From IMG/VR virus record IMGVR_UViG_3300005264_000009, positions 23,210 to 87,209 of that record: a stretch of 64,000 nt of DNA; one strand, given 5' to 3'. The number at the start of each line of letters is the position of its first letter. The stretch's first letter is position 1. The DNA comes from a virus. The notes under the pieces are model-generated. The model saw only the letters and a program-made list of their open reading frames with translations. It did no database searches and was not told where the DNA came from. Positions 18,412-28,004 of the stretch are shown here, piece by piece. The position numbers and the translations under genes were made by a program.

Positions 18412-19366
18412 TATCATTTCTTGTTTTGATGGTATAAGTTGTGCTCAAATTGCTCTTGAATATGCTGGTATTGTATTTGATAATTATTTTGCATCTGAAA
18501 CAGATAAATCTGCAATAAAAGTTACGCAAAGTAATTATCCTAATACAATACAGATTGGTGATATTACAAAAATAAATACCAATAAGTTACCACAAATAGA
18601 TTTGATTATTGGTGGTAGCCCTTGTCAAGGTTTTTCACAGTCGGGGAAAAAATTGAATTTTACCGATCCAAGAAGTAAATTATTTTTTGATTACGTTAAA
18701 CTTTTAAAAAAAATAAAACCTAAATATTTTTTATTAGAAAACGTAAAAATGAAAAAAAAATGGAGTGATACAATAACACAATATTTAGGTGTTCATCCAA
18801 TAGAAATAGATAGTACATTAGTTTCTGCCCAAAAAAGAAAAAGATTGTATTGGACGAACATACCAAATGTTACACAACCAAAAAACAAACATATTTTTCT
18901 TAAAGATATTATTGAAAATGATGTTAATACAAAGTATTTTTTAACAGCTAAAGATATAAATATTGAAAAAGCTAAAAAACAAAATATGGTTGTTGCTTTC
19001 ACCGAAAGAAGAACACGAGAAGCCAAAAGTATAAGAAAAGATTATCAAAAAAAGTATAATACTGATTTTTCGCCAAGAAGAGGTAAAGAATTAATACATA
19101 GAATAGATGGTAAAATGAATTGTTTAACAGCCACTTATTCATTGAAAGAACATACTTTACTTGATAAACAAATGAATTATAGGAAATTAACACCAATAGA
19201 ATTTGAGAGATTGCAAAATGTTCCTGATAATTACACACATTTATTAAGTGATAATTTAAGGTACAAAGTATTAGGTAATGGTTTTACAGTGTGTGTAATT
19301 GCACATATTTTAAAATGTATAAATAATAAGAATAATAAAATTAATGTAATAAAAAACTTATTTTAA
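18398..19366 (+). CDS. DNA (cytosine-5) methyltransferase
   Basis: FDGIS, GGSPCQ, LENV, QKRKRLYW, LTP.EFERLQ, LGNG. Confidence 0.92.
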   Translation: MYLNNIISCFDGISCAQIALEYAGIVFDNYFASETDKSAIKVTQSNYPNTIQIGDITKINTNKLPQIDLIIGGSPCQGFSQSGKKLNFTDPRSKLFFDYVKLLKKIKPKYFLLENVKMKKKWSDTITQYLGVHPIEIDSTLVSAQKRKRLYWTNIPNVTQPKNKHIFLKDIIENDVNTKYFLTAKDINIEKAKKQNMVVAFTERRTREAKSIRKDYQKKYNTDFSPRRGKELIHRIDGKMNCLTATYSLKEHTLLDKQMNYRKLTPIEFERLQNVPDNYTHLLSDNLRYKVLGNGFTVCVIAHILKCINNKNNKINVIKNLF

Positions 19367-19369
19367 GAG

Positions 19370-20401
19370 GTGAAAATGAATATTAACGATTTGAAAGATG
19401 CTTTAAATATTGTTAAACCAGCATTGAATCCAAATGGAATGAACACTGCATCAGAATATATTTACTTTTCTGGTGAAAAAGTAATGATTAGTGACCAATC
19501 TATGTGTATTCAAACAGATTTGGAAACATCATTTGATGCTTGGATTAAAGGTAAAGATTTAATAAATATTGTTTCTAAAATAAAAAACAATAAAATTAAA
19601 TTCAGTAAAAAAGATAACAATATTAATTTACAAACAAAAACGTCAAATATTAACTTTAAGTTAGAAGAAGTTATTGATGATTATAATACTTATATAAATA
19701 GTATTGTTGATGAAAGTACAAGTGATGATTATACCAATATACCAGATGACTTCTTGGAAAATATCTTGGTTGCATCAAAATATTGCCTTAGTGATGACTT
19801 TGATAGTTCTTTAGCTTGCGTGGGTGTTAAGGATGGTATTATAAGTGCAATGGATAAAAAACAAGCATTTACCACAACAAGTAAGATAGAAGTCGATGAT
19901 ATGCTATTAATGTGTACTACTGTTAAAAAAATAGTAGAAATTAAACCCACTAAATATTTTATATCTGAAAATTGGTATCACTTTAAAAATGATATATCGG
20001 TTATTTCTATAAGAAAAACTGATGGTGAGTTACCATCATTGCAGAAAATAACATCATTTACGGGGCAGAAATTCAATATTTATGCATCTATTCTTGATGA
20101 TATAACCCTTACAGCATCATTTACAGACCATTTTTTGACTTTTATTAAGGTAAAGTTAAGAGATAACAAAATCCAATTAAGTATTAATGCAGAGTCAGGA
20201 ACAATTAAAACACAAGCTAAAATAAATTATAGTGATGATGAATTAATTTTTAAAATTAATCCTGAATACTTTGCTAACTTAGTAGAGAATTGTACAGACT
20301 TTGAGATTAACGAGGATAGTACACTTCTAAAGGGTGTTTCTGATACGGCAATAATAGTAGCAGCCTTATTTAATACACAAGAGACGGAAACGTATGAATA
20401 A
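19370..20401 (+). CDS. dnaN: DNA polymerase sliding clamp (beta-clamp-like)
   Basis: 343 aa, three-domain beta-clamp-like pattern (L..AL..V..A, NPEYF...V); in replication cluster with DnaX-like loader. Confidence 0.7.
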   Translation: MKMNINDLKDALNIVKPALNPNGMNTASEYIYFSGEKVMISDQSMCIQTDLETSFDAWIKGKDLINIVSKIKNNKIKFSKKDNNINLQTKTSNINFKLEEVIDDYNTYINSIVDESTSDDYTNIPDDFLENILVASKYCLSDDFDSSLACVGVKDGIISAMDKKQAFTTTSKIEVDDMLLMCTTVKKIVEIKPTKYFISENWYHFKNDISVISIRKTDGELPSLQKITSFTGQKFNIYASILDDITLTASFTDHFLTFIKVKLRDNKIQLSINAESGTIKTQAKINYSDDELIFKINPEYFANLVENCTDFEINEDSTLLKGVSDTAIIVAALFNTQETETYE

Positions 20402-20489
20402 ACGTTTTAGATTGTACAATGGTGATTGCCTTGAAATTATGGATAGATTGATAGGTGAGAATGTTATGGGATATCTAATACATGGATAA
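20394..20489 (+). pseudogene. 31 aa N-terminal fragment of a beta-class DNA methyltransferase
   Basis: MNKRFRLYNGDCLEIMDRLIGENV then stop. Confidence 0.65.
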
Positions 20490-21291
20490 AAAAAACATTA
20501 AGGAGAAAATACCATACGGTGTGGTTATTAATGATAGCTATAGTTTGTATAATGGTGATTGCTTAGATGTCATGGACTATCTAATATCACAAAACATTAT
20601 ATGTGATGCTATTATCACAGACCCACCGTATGGTTGAGTTAGTACTACTGCTTGTTCATGGGATTCATTAATTCCATTTGAACCTATGTGGAATAAAATA
20701 TATAAACTTATTAAAGATAAAGGAACAATAGTTTTATTTGGAAGTGAACCTTTCAGTAGTCACTTACGTATGAGTAACATTAAAAATTATAGTTATGATT
20801 GGGTTTGGAATAAAAAAAAGGCAGGTAATATTTTCTTAATAAAAAGTCAACCCTTACGTGTACATGAAAATATAATAATTTTTAATGGTAACAAAGACAC
20901 TTATAATAGTCAAAAAACAAAAAGGAGTACAATAAAAAAATCAAAAAATTATGGTAGTGGTGAAACTATGCTTGGGGAACATAAAAGTAACAAAATATAT
21001 ACTTATAAAGATAGACATCCTATAAGTATAATAAAAGTAAGTAATGCAAGTCAAAAAAATAACTTACACCCCACACAAAAACCTGTTCGTTTATTAGAAT
21101 ACTTAGTTAAAACATATTCAAAAGAAAATGAACTTGTTTTAGACTTTACTACAGGGTCAGGAACAACAGGTGTAGCTTGTTTAAATAATAATCGAAGATT
21201 TATTGGTATTGAAAAAGAAAAAAAATATTGTAAAATAGCCAGTCAAAGATTAAATGAAGCATCTCAATGTTTTATATTTGAAGGGAGTTAA
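20482..21291 (+). pseudogene. beta-class DNA methyltransferase interrupted by in-frame TGA plus 2 extra codons after DPPYG (pseudogene or recoded gene)
   Basis: ...GDCL...TDPPYG*VS TTACSWD...HPTQKP...VLDFTTGSGTTG all in one frame; TGA at 20635-20637. Confidence 0.8.
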
Positions 21292-21516
21292 TTGAAAATG
21301 AGTGTTATGTCTTGTGCAAGAAATGGTTGTAAAAATATAATGTGTTATAGGTCTTGCAGATATGGTTATATTTGCAATGAATGTTTTGATGAGCTTGTAT
21401 TAAGTGGTCCTGAAACAAATTTAGAGCTTTTTATGAAATCAATTAAAACCTATAATTGTGAAAAAGAAAAAGAAGCAGCTTTTGCACGTTTTGATATTGA
21501 ATGTTCTGTTTTTTAA
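21292..21516 (+). CDS. hypothetical Cys-rich protein
   Basis: 74 aa ORF, CxxxxC..C...C..C. Confidence 0.65.
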   Translation: MKMSVMSCARNGCKNIMCYRSCRYGYICNECFDELVLSGPETNLELFMKSIKTYNCEKEKEAAFARFDIECSVF

Positions 21517-21531
21517 ATTAAGGGGGAAAAA

Positions 21532-21885
21532 ATGAATGATTGGGTACATAAGTTAAAAAAAGGTGATAAAGTGATAGTAACAAATCACTATCATTTAGAT
21601 GTGGTTCAAAAAATAGATAGAGTAACAAAAACATTGCTAATTGTAAACAAAGTGAGGTTTTCAAAAGCAACATTAACATATACAGGACAACGTGAGGCTT
21701 GGAGTTATTCACCACATTTAATAGAATACACAAAAGAAAAGGAAGAAAAATTACAAAATATAAAAAGTAAAAATGAATTATGTAAAGAAATTAAAGATAT
21801 TAAGTGGGAAAAATTCACATTAATTGGATTGCAAAAAATAAAGGAAATGATAGTAGCGACTGGTTATTTTGATAAAAAGGAGTAA
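21532..21885 (+). CDS. hypothetical SH3-like beta-barrel protein
   Basis: LKKGDKVIV...IDRVTKT pattern. Confidence 0.6.
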   Translation: MNDWVHKLKKGDKVIVTNHYHLDVVQKIDRVTKTLLIVNKVRFSKATLTYTGQREAWSYSPHLIEYTKEKEEKLQNIKSKNELCKEIKDIKWEKFTLIGLQKIKEMIVATGYFDKKE

Positions 21886-21974
21886 GTTTGGATTATATTT
21901 AGTTGTTGTTTTGTGGCTTCTTTTTAAGTGACTAAATTTATAAATAAACGTAGAAAAATAATAGGAGAATAATT

Positions 21975-24635
21975 ATGGATTTATTCAATACAGCGGAATT
22001 AAACGATGCAAAAATAAAGGTAAACCCTAATCATTTACAGCCAAATTGTAAAAAATGTGATTTAAATAAAGCACCTAAAATAGAAGTTTCAGGAGAGGGT
22101 AAAAAAGAAATTCTTGTTATAGGAGAATCAACATTAAATGAGGAAATGACTTATGGAAGTGCTTTTGTTGATGATACAGGATTTCTTTTAAATAAAATAC
22201 TAAGAAAACAAAACATATCTTTAAATAAAGATTGTTGGAAAATAAATGCTGTTAAATGTTATTCACATATAAAAACCAATCATAAACAAATAAATTGTTG
22301 CCGACCAGCATTAGAAAAACTTATATATAAATTAAAACCCAAAACAATATTATTATGTGGAGATGTGGCTGTAACATCATTATTTGGAGAAGATTTTTCT
22401 AATAGAAGTATTTTTCGTTGGAGAATGTATTGTATTCCTGATGAAAAATATAAGTGTAATATTATACCCATTTTACACCCACGTTATGTTTTAGATAATG
22501 ATAAAGATAGTGGTATGTATCGACAATACGAAAGAGATGTTACAAAAGCATGTTATTTAATGAAAAGACCTTTTCTTAAAAACAAAAAGTATGAATCTTA
22601 CGTTACTGTTGTTACTGACTTTACTAAATTAAAACGTATTTTAACTAAAGTAATAAAAAACAAAACAAAAATAGCTTATGATTATGAAACTACAGGTTTA
22701 AAACCATATAGAAATAGACAAAAAATAGTAACAATAGCATTTGCCGTAAGTATGACAAAAGCATTTGCTTTTCCATTTGATTATAAAACTTTTTGGACAG
22801 AAAAAGAACGTAATGAAATTTACACATTATGGCAAACAATTTTAAGAGATGATAAAATAAATAAAATAGCTTATAACGAAAAATTTGAAAAAATCTGGTC
22901 AATGGAAATTTTCAAAGCAAAACCCAAATGTTTTTTTGATCCTATGATAGTTTTGCACATTTTAGACAACCGTAGTGGCATATTAGGATTGAAATTCCAA
23001 ACATTTGTAAATTATGGTGTAAGACCATATGATAAACATATTCAAAAATACTTAAAGGCAAAAAAAGCAAGTGATTATAACAGTGTTGAGGAAGCCCCCT
23101 TTAACGACTTATTGATTTATAATGGCTTGGATTGTATCTTTACATATATGTTATATGACGAATTAATGGGTAAATTAGGAAAAAACAGTGAATTATTAAG
23201 TGCTTATAATTTCTTTATTCGTGGGTTAGATATTATGGCTATTATGCAACATAATGGAATACCTGCAAGTGCTGATTATTATGAACAAACAGATGTTTAC
23301 TTGCACGAAAAAATACAAAAATTAGAAACAGAATTAATGACAGGTAGAGAAGCCACAAAATTTAAAGAAAAGTATAAAAGAGATATTAAAATCAAGTCAA
23401 ATCAAGACTTAGGTAAGCTGTTTTACGAGGTTTTGGGTAAGCCAGCTATAAAGACTTCTAAAGGTAATTACAAGACAGATAAACCTACCTTAGAGACACT
23501 TAAACTACCCTTTGTAGATAAACTCTTAGATATTAAAAAATACGAAAAAGCAAAGGGTACTTACTTGGGGCAATTTAAACGAGAGATTGTAAGTAATAAA
23601 ATACATCCCTTTTTTAATTTACACTTACCTGTTTCATACAGATCAAGTGCAAGTAGTCCTTCATTTCAAAATATACCAAAAAGAGATCCTGAAATATCTA
23701 ATTTAGTTAGAAAAGGTTTATTTGCACCTAAAAATTGTGTTATTTCAGAAACGGATTTTTCTGGAAGTGAAATTATTGGTTCTGCAAGTTGTCATCGTGA
23801 TCCTAATTTTATTCATTATTTACAAAACCCTGAAACAGACATGCATAGAGATATTGCCGAAGATATTTGGCAATTACCAAAAGACATGTTAAACGATCCT
23901 AATTATAATAAGGAACAGAAAAAGAAAGCAAAAATGATAAGATTTTTTGCTAAAAATAATTGGACTTTTGCTCAATTTTATGGAGACTGGTTTCTACCTT
24001 GTGGTACAAATTTGTGGGAAAATGTTATTAATGGTAATTTAGAACTACCAACAGGTCAATCAGTACTTGATTACACAAATGAAAAAGGTATTTACGAGCT
24101 TGGAGAGATAATACAAGGTGTTGTAACACCTGGAAGTTTTCTTGACCATCTGAAAAAAGTTGAAAAGAAAATGTGGTATGATAGATTTCCACAATATACA
24201 CAATGGAAAAATGACATATACGAGCAATATCAAGATTATGGTTATATTGAAAACCACTTTGGATTTAGATTTACGGGTTATATGTCAAAAAATCAATGCT
24301 GTAATTATCCCATACAATCTGTTTCATTTCATCTTTTACTTGATTCTTTAATTGTATTATATAAGAGTTTACGTAAACACAAAATGAAAACAAAATTAAT
24401 AGGACAGATACATGATTCTTGCTTGGCTATTGTACCAGAAAATGAAATTGTAACATACCATACTATTGTACATGATATTATTGCTAATTTACATAATAAA
24501 TTTAAGTGGATGGTTGTTCCAATGGATTCAGAAATAGAAATATCTAAATTAGGTAAAAATGGTGGGAACTTTACTGAAATGAGTGAAATTTCTATAACAG
24601 ATATTCAAGAAGGTAAATATAAAGCAATTATATAA
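21975..24635 (+). CDS. family A DNA polymerase with N-terminal family-4 UDG-like domain and 3'-5' exonuclease (SPO1-type architecture)
   Basis: CKKC/VIGE/NAVKC/LHP UDG-like region; DYETTG exoI, YNGLD exoIII; FQNIP, DFSGSE motif A, R..AK...FYG motif B, IHDS motif C. Confidence 0.93.
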   Translation: MDLFNTAELNDAKIKVNPNHLQPNCKKCDLNKAPKIEVSGEGKKEILVIGESTLNEEMTYGSAFVDDTGFLLNKILRKQNISLNKDCWKINAVKCYSHIKTNHKQINCCRPALEKLIYKLKPKTILLCGDVAVTSLFGEDFSNRSIFRWRMYCIPDEKYKCNIIPILHPRYVLDNDKDSGMYRQYERDVTKACYLMKRPFLKNKKYESYVTVVTDFTKLKRILTKVIKNKTKIAYDYETTGLKPYRNRQKIVTIAFAVSMTKAFAFPFDYKTFWTEKERNEIYTLWQTILRDDKINKIAYNEKFEKIWSMEIFKAKPKCFFDPMIVLHILDNRSGILGLKFQTFVNYGVRPYDKHIQKYLKAKKASDYNSVEEAPFNDLLIYNGLDCIFTYMLYDELMGKLGKNSELLSAYNFFIRGLDIMAIMQHNGIPASADYYEQTDVYLHEKIQKLETELMTGREATKFKEKYKRDIKIKSNQDLGKLFYEVLGKPAIKTSKGNYKTDKPTLETLKLPFVDKLLDIKKYEKAKGTYLGQFKREIVSNKIHPFFNLHLPVSYRSSASSPSFQNIPKRDPEISNLVRKGLFAPKNCVISETDFSGSEIIGSASCHRDPNFIHYLQNPETDMHRDIAEDIWQLPKDMLNDPNYNKEQKKKAKMIRFFAKNNWTFAQFYGDWFLPCGTNLWENVINGNLELPTGQSVLDYTNEKGIYELGEIIQGVVTPGSFLDHLKKVEKKMWYDRFPQYTQWKNDIYEQYQDYGYIENHFGFRFTGYMSKNQCCNYPIQSVSFHLLLDSLIVLYKSLRKHKMKTKLIGQIHDSCLAIVPENEIVTYHTIVHDIIANLHNKFKWMVVPMDSEIEISKLGKNGGNFTEMSEISITDIQEGKYKAII

Positions 24636-24647
24636 AAGGAGAGATAA

Positions 24648-25691
24648 ATGAAAAATTACAAATTAACAAATCATGTTAAACAGATAGAAGTATTTAACAA
24701 TGGCAAAAAAGAGATTAAAACACTATATCAAATACAAGCTATTAAAGATATTGGTGATATAAAAAAAGGTCAATTAGGTGGTTATATTGAAAAAGAAAGT
24801 AATTTATCAGGTAATGCTTGGGTTTACCCATATGCAGTAGTTTATGATAATGCTATAGTTTCTGGGATGGCAAGAATACTGCACATTTCTAAAGTGTATG
24901 GTAATGCTATTATCACACATAATGCAAAAGTGTTTCATGATGCTCAAGTATATGGAAGTGCTATAATACGTGATGATGCTACTGTAGGTGGTGTTGCCCG
25001 TGTTTATGATAATGCCATAATTACAGGAAGTGTTGAAATTGTTGGTGCTAAAGTATTTAATTGTGCACAAGTAGAAGATAATGCACGTATTTATAATAGT
25101 GCTAAAGTATATGGTGATAGTCGGGTTTATCAAAATGCTGTAGTAGCATCTAATGCAAAAATTTTTGGATATAGTGAAATTTATGGTAATGCAAAAATTT
25201 ATGGTAATGCTAAGGTTTATGATATAGCCGAAGTTTTTGGAAATGCTTTAGTTTTTGATAACGCTTGTATTTACAATAGTGCTAAAGTATATGGTAATAG
25301 TGAAGTTTGTGGAAATGCTGAAATTTTTGATCATGCAGAAGTTTACGGAAAAGGAAAAGTATCTTGTTATTCTAAAGTTCATAATAATGATGTTATTATA
25401 AGTAATTTAAACACAAAAAATAAAACAAAAGAAAAACAAGATGTAACAAGTATTATAAAGAAAAAAAGACACAATATTAATGATGAAGTTTGGCTTATCA
25501 GAGATGCTAAAGTAAAAAAATTAATTGTTTTTGAAGTTATAGAAAGAATGTCTGATGCTTTCTATAATAATGAAATTGATACTATTTATAAGTTAAGTAA
25601 AACAAGAGAGGATTGGAATAATAGTATATATGAGACATATAAAGAGAGATATGTTTTTGGAAGTAAACAAGAATTAATTGCTTCTTTATAA
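24648..25691 (+). CDS. hexapeptide-repeat (left-handed beta-helix) protein
   Basis: KGQLGGYIEKESNL followed by VYGNAK-type hexapeptide repeats. Confidence 0.85.
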   Translation: MKNYKLTNHVKQIEVFNNGKKEIKTLYQIQAIKDIGDIKKGQLGGYIEKESNLSGNAWVYPYAVVYDNAIVSGMARILHISKVYGNAIITHNAKVFHDAQVYGSAIIRDDATVGGVARVYDNAIITGSVEIVGAKVFNCAQVEDNARIYNSAKVYGDSRVYQNAVVASNAKIFGYSEIYGNAKIYGNAKVYDIAEVFGNALVFDNACIYNSAKVYGNSEVCGNAEIFDHAEVYGKGKVSCYSKVHNNDVIISNLNTKNKTKEKQDVTSIIKKKRHNINDEVWLIRDAKVKKLIVFEVIERMSDAFYNNEIDTIYKLSKTREDWNNSIYETYKERYVFGSKQELIASL

Positions 25692-25721
25692 AAAGGAAGT
25701 AGAATTGAACTTACAGATATT

Positions 25722-25850
25722 TGCCATGATTGTAAAATGTTACTATTTGTTTTGATGATAGTGATGAAATAACTATTACAAATAATACTATTTATCAACC
25801 ACCCAAAAAAGTGTATTATTTTATAAGTGTAATGTTTGTTATAATAAAAA
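25722..25850 (+). pseudogene. decayed tandem duplicate of the 5' part of the NrdD-like gene
   Basis: Blocks CATGATTGTAAAA, GTGA..AAATAACTATTACA, TTTATCAACC, TTATTTTATAAGTGTAAT recur at 25946-26097. Confidence 0.65.
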
Positions 25851-25876
25851 GAAATATTTATAAAAAAGGAAATAAA

Positions 25877-26227
25877 ATGAAATTAGAAACAATAAGAAAG
25901 TATTTTAAAGACAATGATGCAAATCAAATTATATTTTCAGGTAATTGTCATGATTGTAAAAAAGACGTTTTTGTTTATTGTAATCTTGATGATGAAGGTG
26001 AAATAACTATTACAGGTGGAGCAGTTTATCAACCTGAAAATTTAAACCGTGAACCTAAAAAATTATTTTATAAGTGTAATATTTGTTACGATAAAAATAA
26101 AACATTGGAAAAATATAATCCTTGTGAAGTTTATTCAAGAATTGTAGGTTATTTACGTCCAATTAATCAGTGGAATAAAGGTAAACTGGCTGAATGGGAT
26201 GAAAGGGTTGAATTTAAAAAAATATAA
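25877..26227 (+). CDS. stand-alone NrdD C-terminal (glycyl-radical domain-like) protein with Zn ribbon
   Basis: CEVYSRIVGYLRPINQWNKGKLAEW..R; CHDC and CNIC. Confidence 0.8.
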   Translation: MKLETIRKYFKDNDANQIIFSGNCHDCKKDVFVYCNLDDEGEITITGGAVYQPENLNREPKKLFYKCNICYDKNKTLEKYNPCEVYSRIVGYLRPINQWNKGKLAEWDERVEFKKI

Positions 26228-26245
26228 AATTAAATTAAAAAATTC

Positions 26246-26274
26246 TTGACAACTGATTAAAAACCTGTTATATT
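26246..26274 (+). promoter_or_regulatory. sigma70-type promoter
   Basis: TTGACA-17-TATATT, TG extension. Confidence 0.75.
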
Positions 26275-26310
26275 CTTAATAAAGTGAAACAAAGAATAAA
26301 CACAACATAG

Positions 26311-26544
26311 TTGATTATATATGAAAGGGTGATTATGTACGAGGCAACAAAATCAGAGCGTGAAAAATTAATAGAAGTATATGATTACACACATGAAGCA
26401 ATCAACAAACTTGATATTGCAAGTGATAAAGTTAGGAAAGGAATAACTATCGATTTTATGTTGGCTACTATTGTTTGTGAATATCAGTCAAAACTACAGA
26501 GAATACGTAAATCTAAAAAAAACTGGTGGCAATTTTGGTTGTAA
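26311..26544 (+). CDS. hypothetical protein
   Basis: ORF downstream of promoter, ends KNWWQFWL. Confidence 0.6.
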   Translation: MIIYERVIMYEATKSEREKLIEVYDYTHEAINKLDIASDKVRKGITIDFMLATIVCEYQSKLQRIRKSKKNWWQFWL

Positions 26545-26804
26545 ATGAATTATACGATAAAGATACAGAAAAAATAGATGCAAAGAAGTTACACACTTTT
26601 TTAAACATTGAAACAAGTTATTTTGATTGGTTTAATGAAGAGGTTGAAAATAAAACTATAATTAGTGTTTCTTCAAATTCTACTTGGGAAGTCAAGTCTG
26701 GATTTTTTATGTCTATTCAGGATGCAAAAAATATAACAATGAAAGTGAAAAATTACAGAGGGTATAAGGCAATTAATTTTTTAAATACGTTAAAAACTTC
26801 TTGA
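26526..26804 (+). CDS. AntA/AntB antirepressor-like protein
   Basis: IDAKKLHTFL.I.T.Y.DWF ... S..DAK.I.M. Confidence 0.6.
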   Translation: MAILVVNELYDKDTEKIDAKKLHTFLNIETSYFDWFNEEVENKTIISVSSNSTWEVKSGFFMSIQDAKNITMKVKNYRGYKAINFLNTLKTS

Positions 26805-26829
26805 CTTTTTAATAAAAACGTGTTATACG
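26801..26829 (+). promoter_or_regulatory. sigma70-type promoter
   Basis: TTGACT-TTTTAATAAAAACGTGT-TATACG. Confidence 0.65.
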
Positions 26830-26873
26830 TAGTTATAACAATCAATAATAACATTTACGAAAGGATTTTGCTT

Positions 26874-27737
26874 ATGAAAAGTGACTCACACTTCATTCTA
26901 ACAAGTTTTGTTAGACAAGTAGAAGTTGTTAAAAATGGTAAAAAAGAAAATATATACTTACGACAAATACAAGCTATTAAAGATTTTGGTTATGTAAAAA
27001 AAGGTCAATTAGGTGGGTATATTGAAAAAGAAAGTAATTTAAAAGATAGAGCTTGGGTATATAATAATGCATGTGTTTATAATAATGCTGTAGTATCTGA
27101 AAATGCACATATACAACATAATACACGAGTTTTTGGGAGTGCACAAGTACGAAATAATGCTATAATATCTGGAAGTGCATATATTTATGATAATGCAATG
27201 GTATATGGGAATGCCATGGTATATGGAAATGCAAAAATATATAATAGTGCTAAAATTTTTGATCGATCAAAAATTTATGGGAATGCAATGGTATATGGAA
27301 ATGCAATGGTATATGGAAATGCAAAAATATATAATAGTGCTAAAATTTTTGATCGATCAAAAATTTATGGGAATGCACAGGTTTATGATATTTCACTGGT
27401 ATATGGAAAAGCTAAAATTTCTGGTAATACACATGTTTTTGGTGATGCAGAGGTATATCGTGATGATCTAATTTACGATGATATTATTAATAAAGAAGTA
27501 AACAAACAGTGTTCAAAAGTAAAACATAAAATATTTGATCACGTTTGGGTAATAGTAAATAATAAAATAAAAAAGTTATCTATATTTCTAATTAAAGAAG
27601 TTGCTGTTTCATTTGATGAAACACAAATATTTTATGAATTAAGTGAATCAATGGATCAGTGGCGAAAAGATAATTACGTAAACGTGCAAGCAGATCTTCT
27701 TTTTCAATCAAAAGAGGATTTAATAAAATCTTTATAA
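26874..27737 (+). CDS. hexapeptide-repeat protein, paralog of 24648..25691
   Basis: QIQAIKD.G..KKGQLGGYIEKESNL, repeats, same C-terminal SK..LI.SL; 90-nt internal duplication 27192-27377. Confidence 0.85.
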   Translation: MKSDSHFILTSFVRQVEVVKNGKKENIYLRQIQAIKDFGYVKKGQLGGYIEKESNLKDRAWVYNNACVYNNAVVSENAHIQHNTRVFGSAQVRNNAIISGSAYIYDNAMVYGNAMVYGNAKIYNSAKIFDRSKIYGNAMVYGNAMVYGNAKIYNSAKIFDRSKIYGNAQVYDISLVYGKAKISGNTHVFGDAEVYRDDLIYDDIINKEVNKQCSKVKHKIFDHVWVIVNNKIKKLSIFLIKEVAVSFDETQIFYELSESMDQWRKDNYVNVQADLLFQSKEDLIKSL

Positions 27738-27750
27738 AAAGGGGATTAAT

Positions 27751-27993
27751 ATGAGTAAAACTATATCAATAACAATACCAGATCAATTAGAAGCCAAACT
27801 ACAATTAAGTGCTGATAAAGCTGGTATATCAAGATCAAGATATATAGGTAATTTATTACTACAATGGGGTGAACATCAAAGAGAAACCTTAAATTGTAAG
27901 TATAGGAATGATAAAGACGGAACGTGTCTTACTTCCTATAAAGATTTGTGTACTACAAATATTATGGAAACTTGTAGAATGAGAACAACATAA
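27751..27993 (+). CDS. ribbon-helix-helix (CopG-like) regulator
   Basis: TISITIP..L...L...A...GISRS.YI. Confidence 0.7.
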   Translation: MSKTISITIPDQLEAKLQLSADKAGISRSRYIGNLLLQWGEHQRETLNCKYRNDKDGTCLTSYKDLCTTNIMETCRMRTT

Positions 27994-28004
27994 AGGTATA
28001 AAAT

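Noticed and set aside
20635-20637. Genome-wide TGA reassignment as the explanation for the MTase stop
   Set aside because: TGA terminates many genes in ATGA overlaps (e.g. 6032, 30317, 30520, 45177) and other long genes are not fragmented
1784-24635. Firm call of a Z-genome or hmU genome
   Set aside because: No purZ, datZ or dUMP hydroxymethylase is recognisable here, so it is kept only as a hypothesis
27175-27471. Alternative-frame ORF MQWYMEM repeats
   Set aside because: It is a by-product of the hexapeptide repeat and the 90-nt duplication
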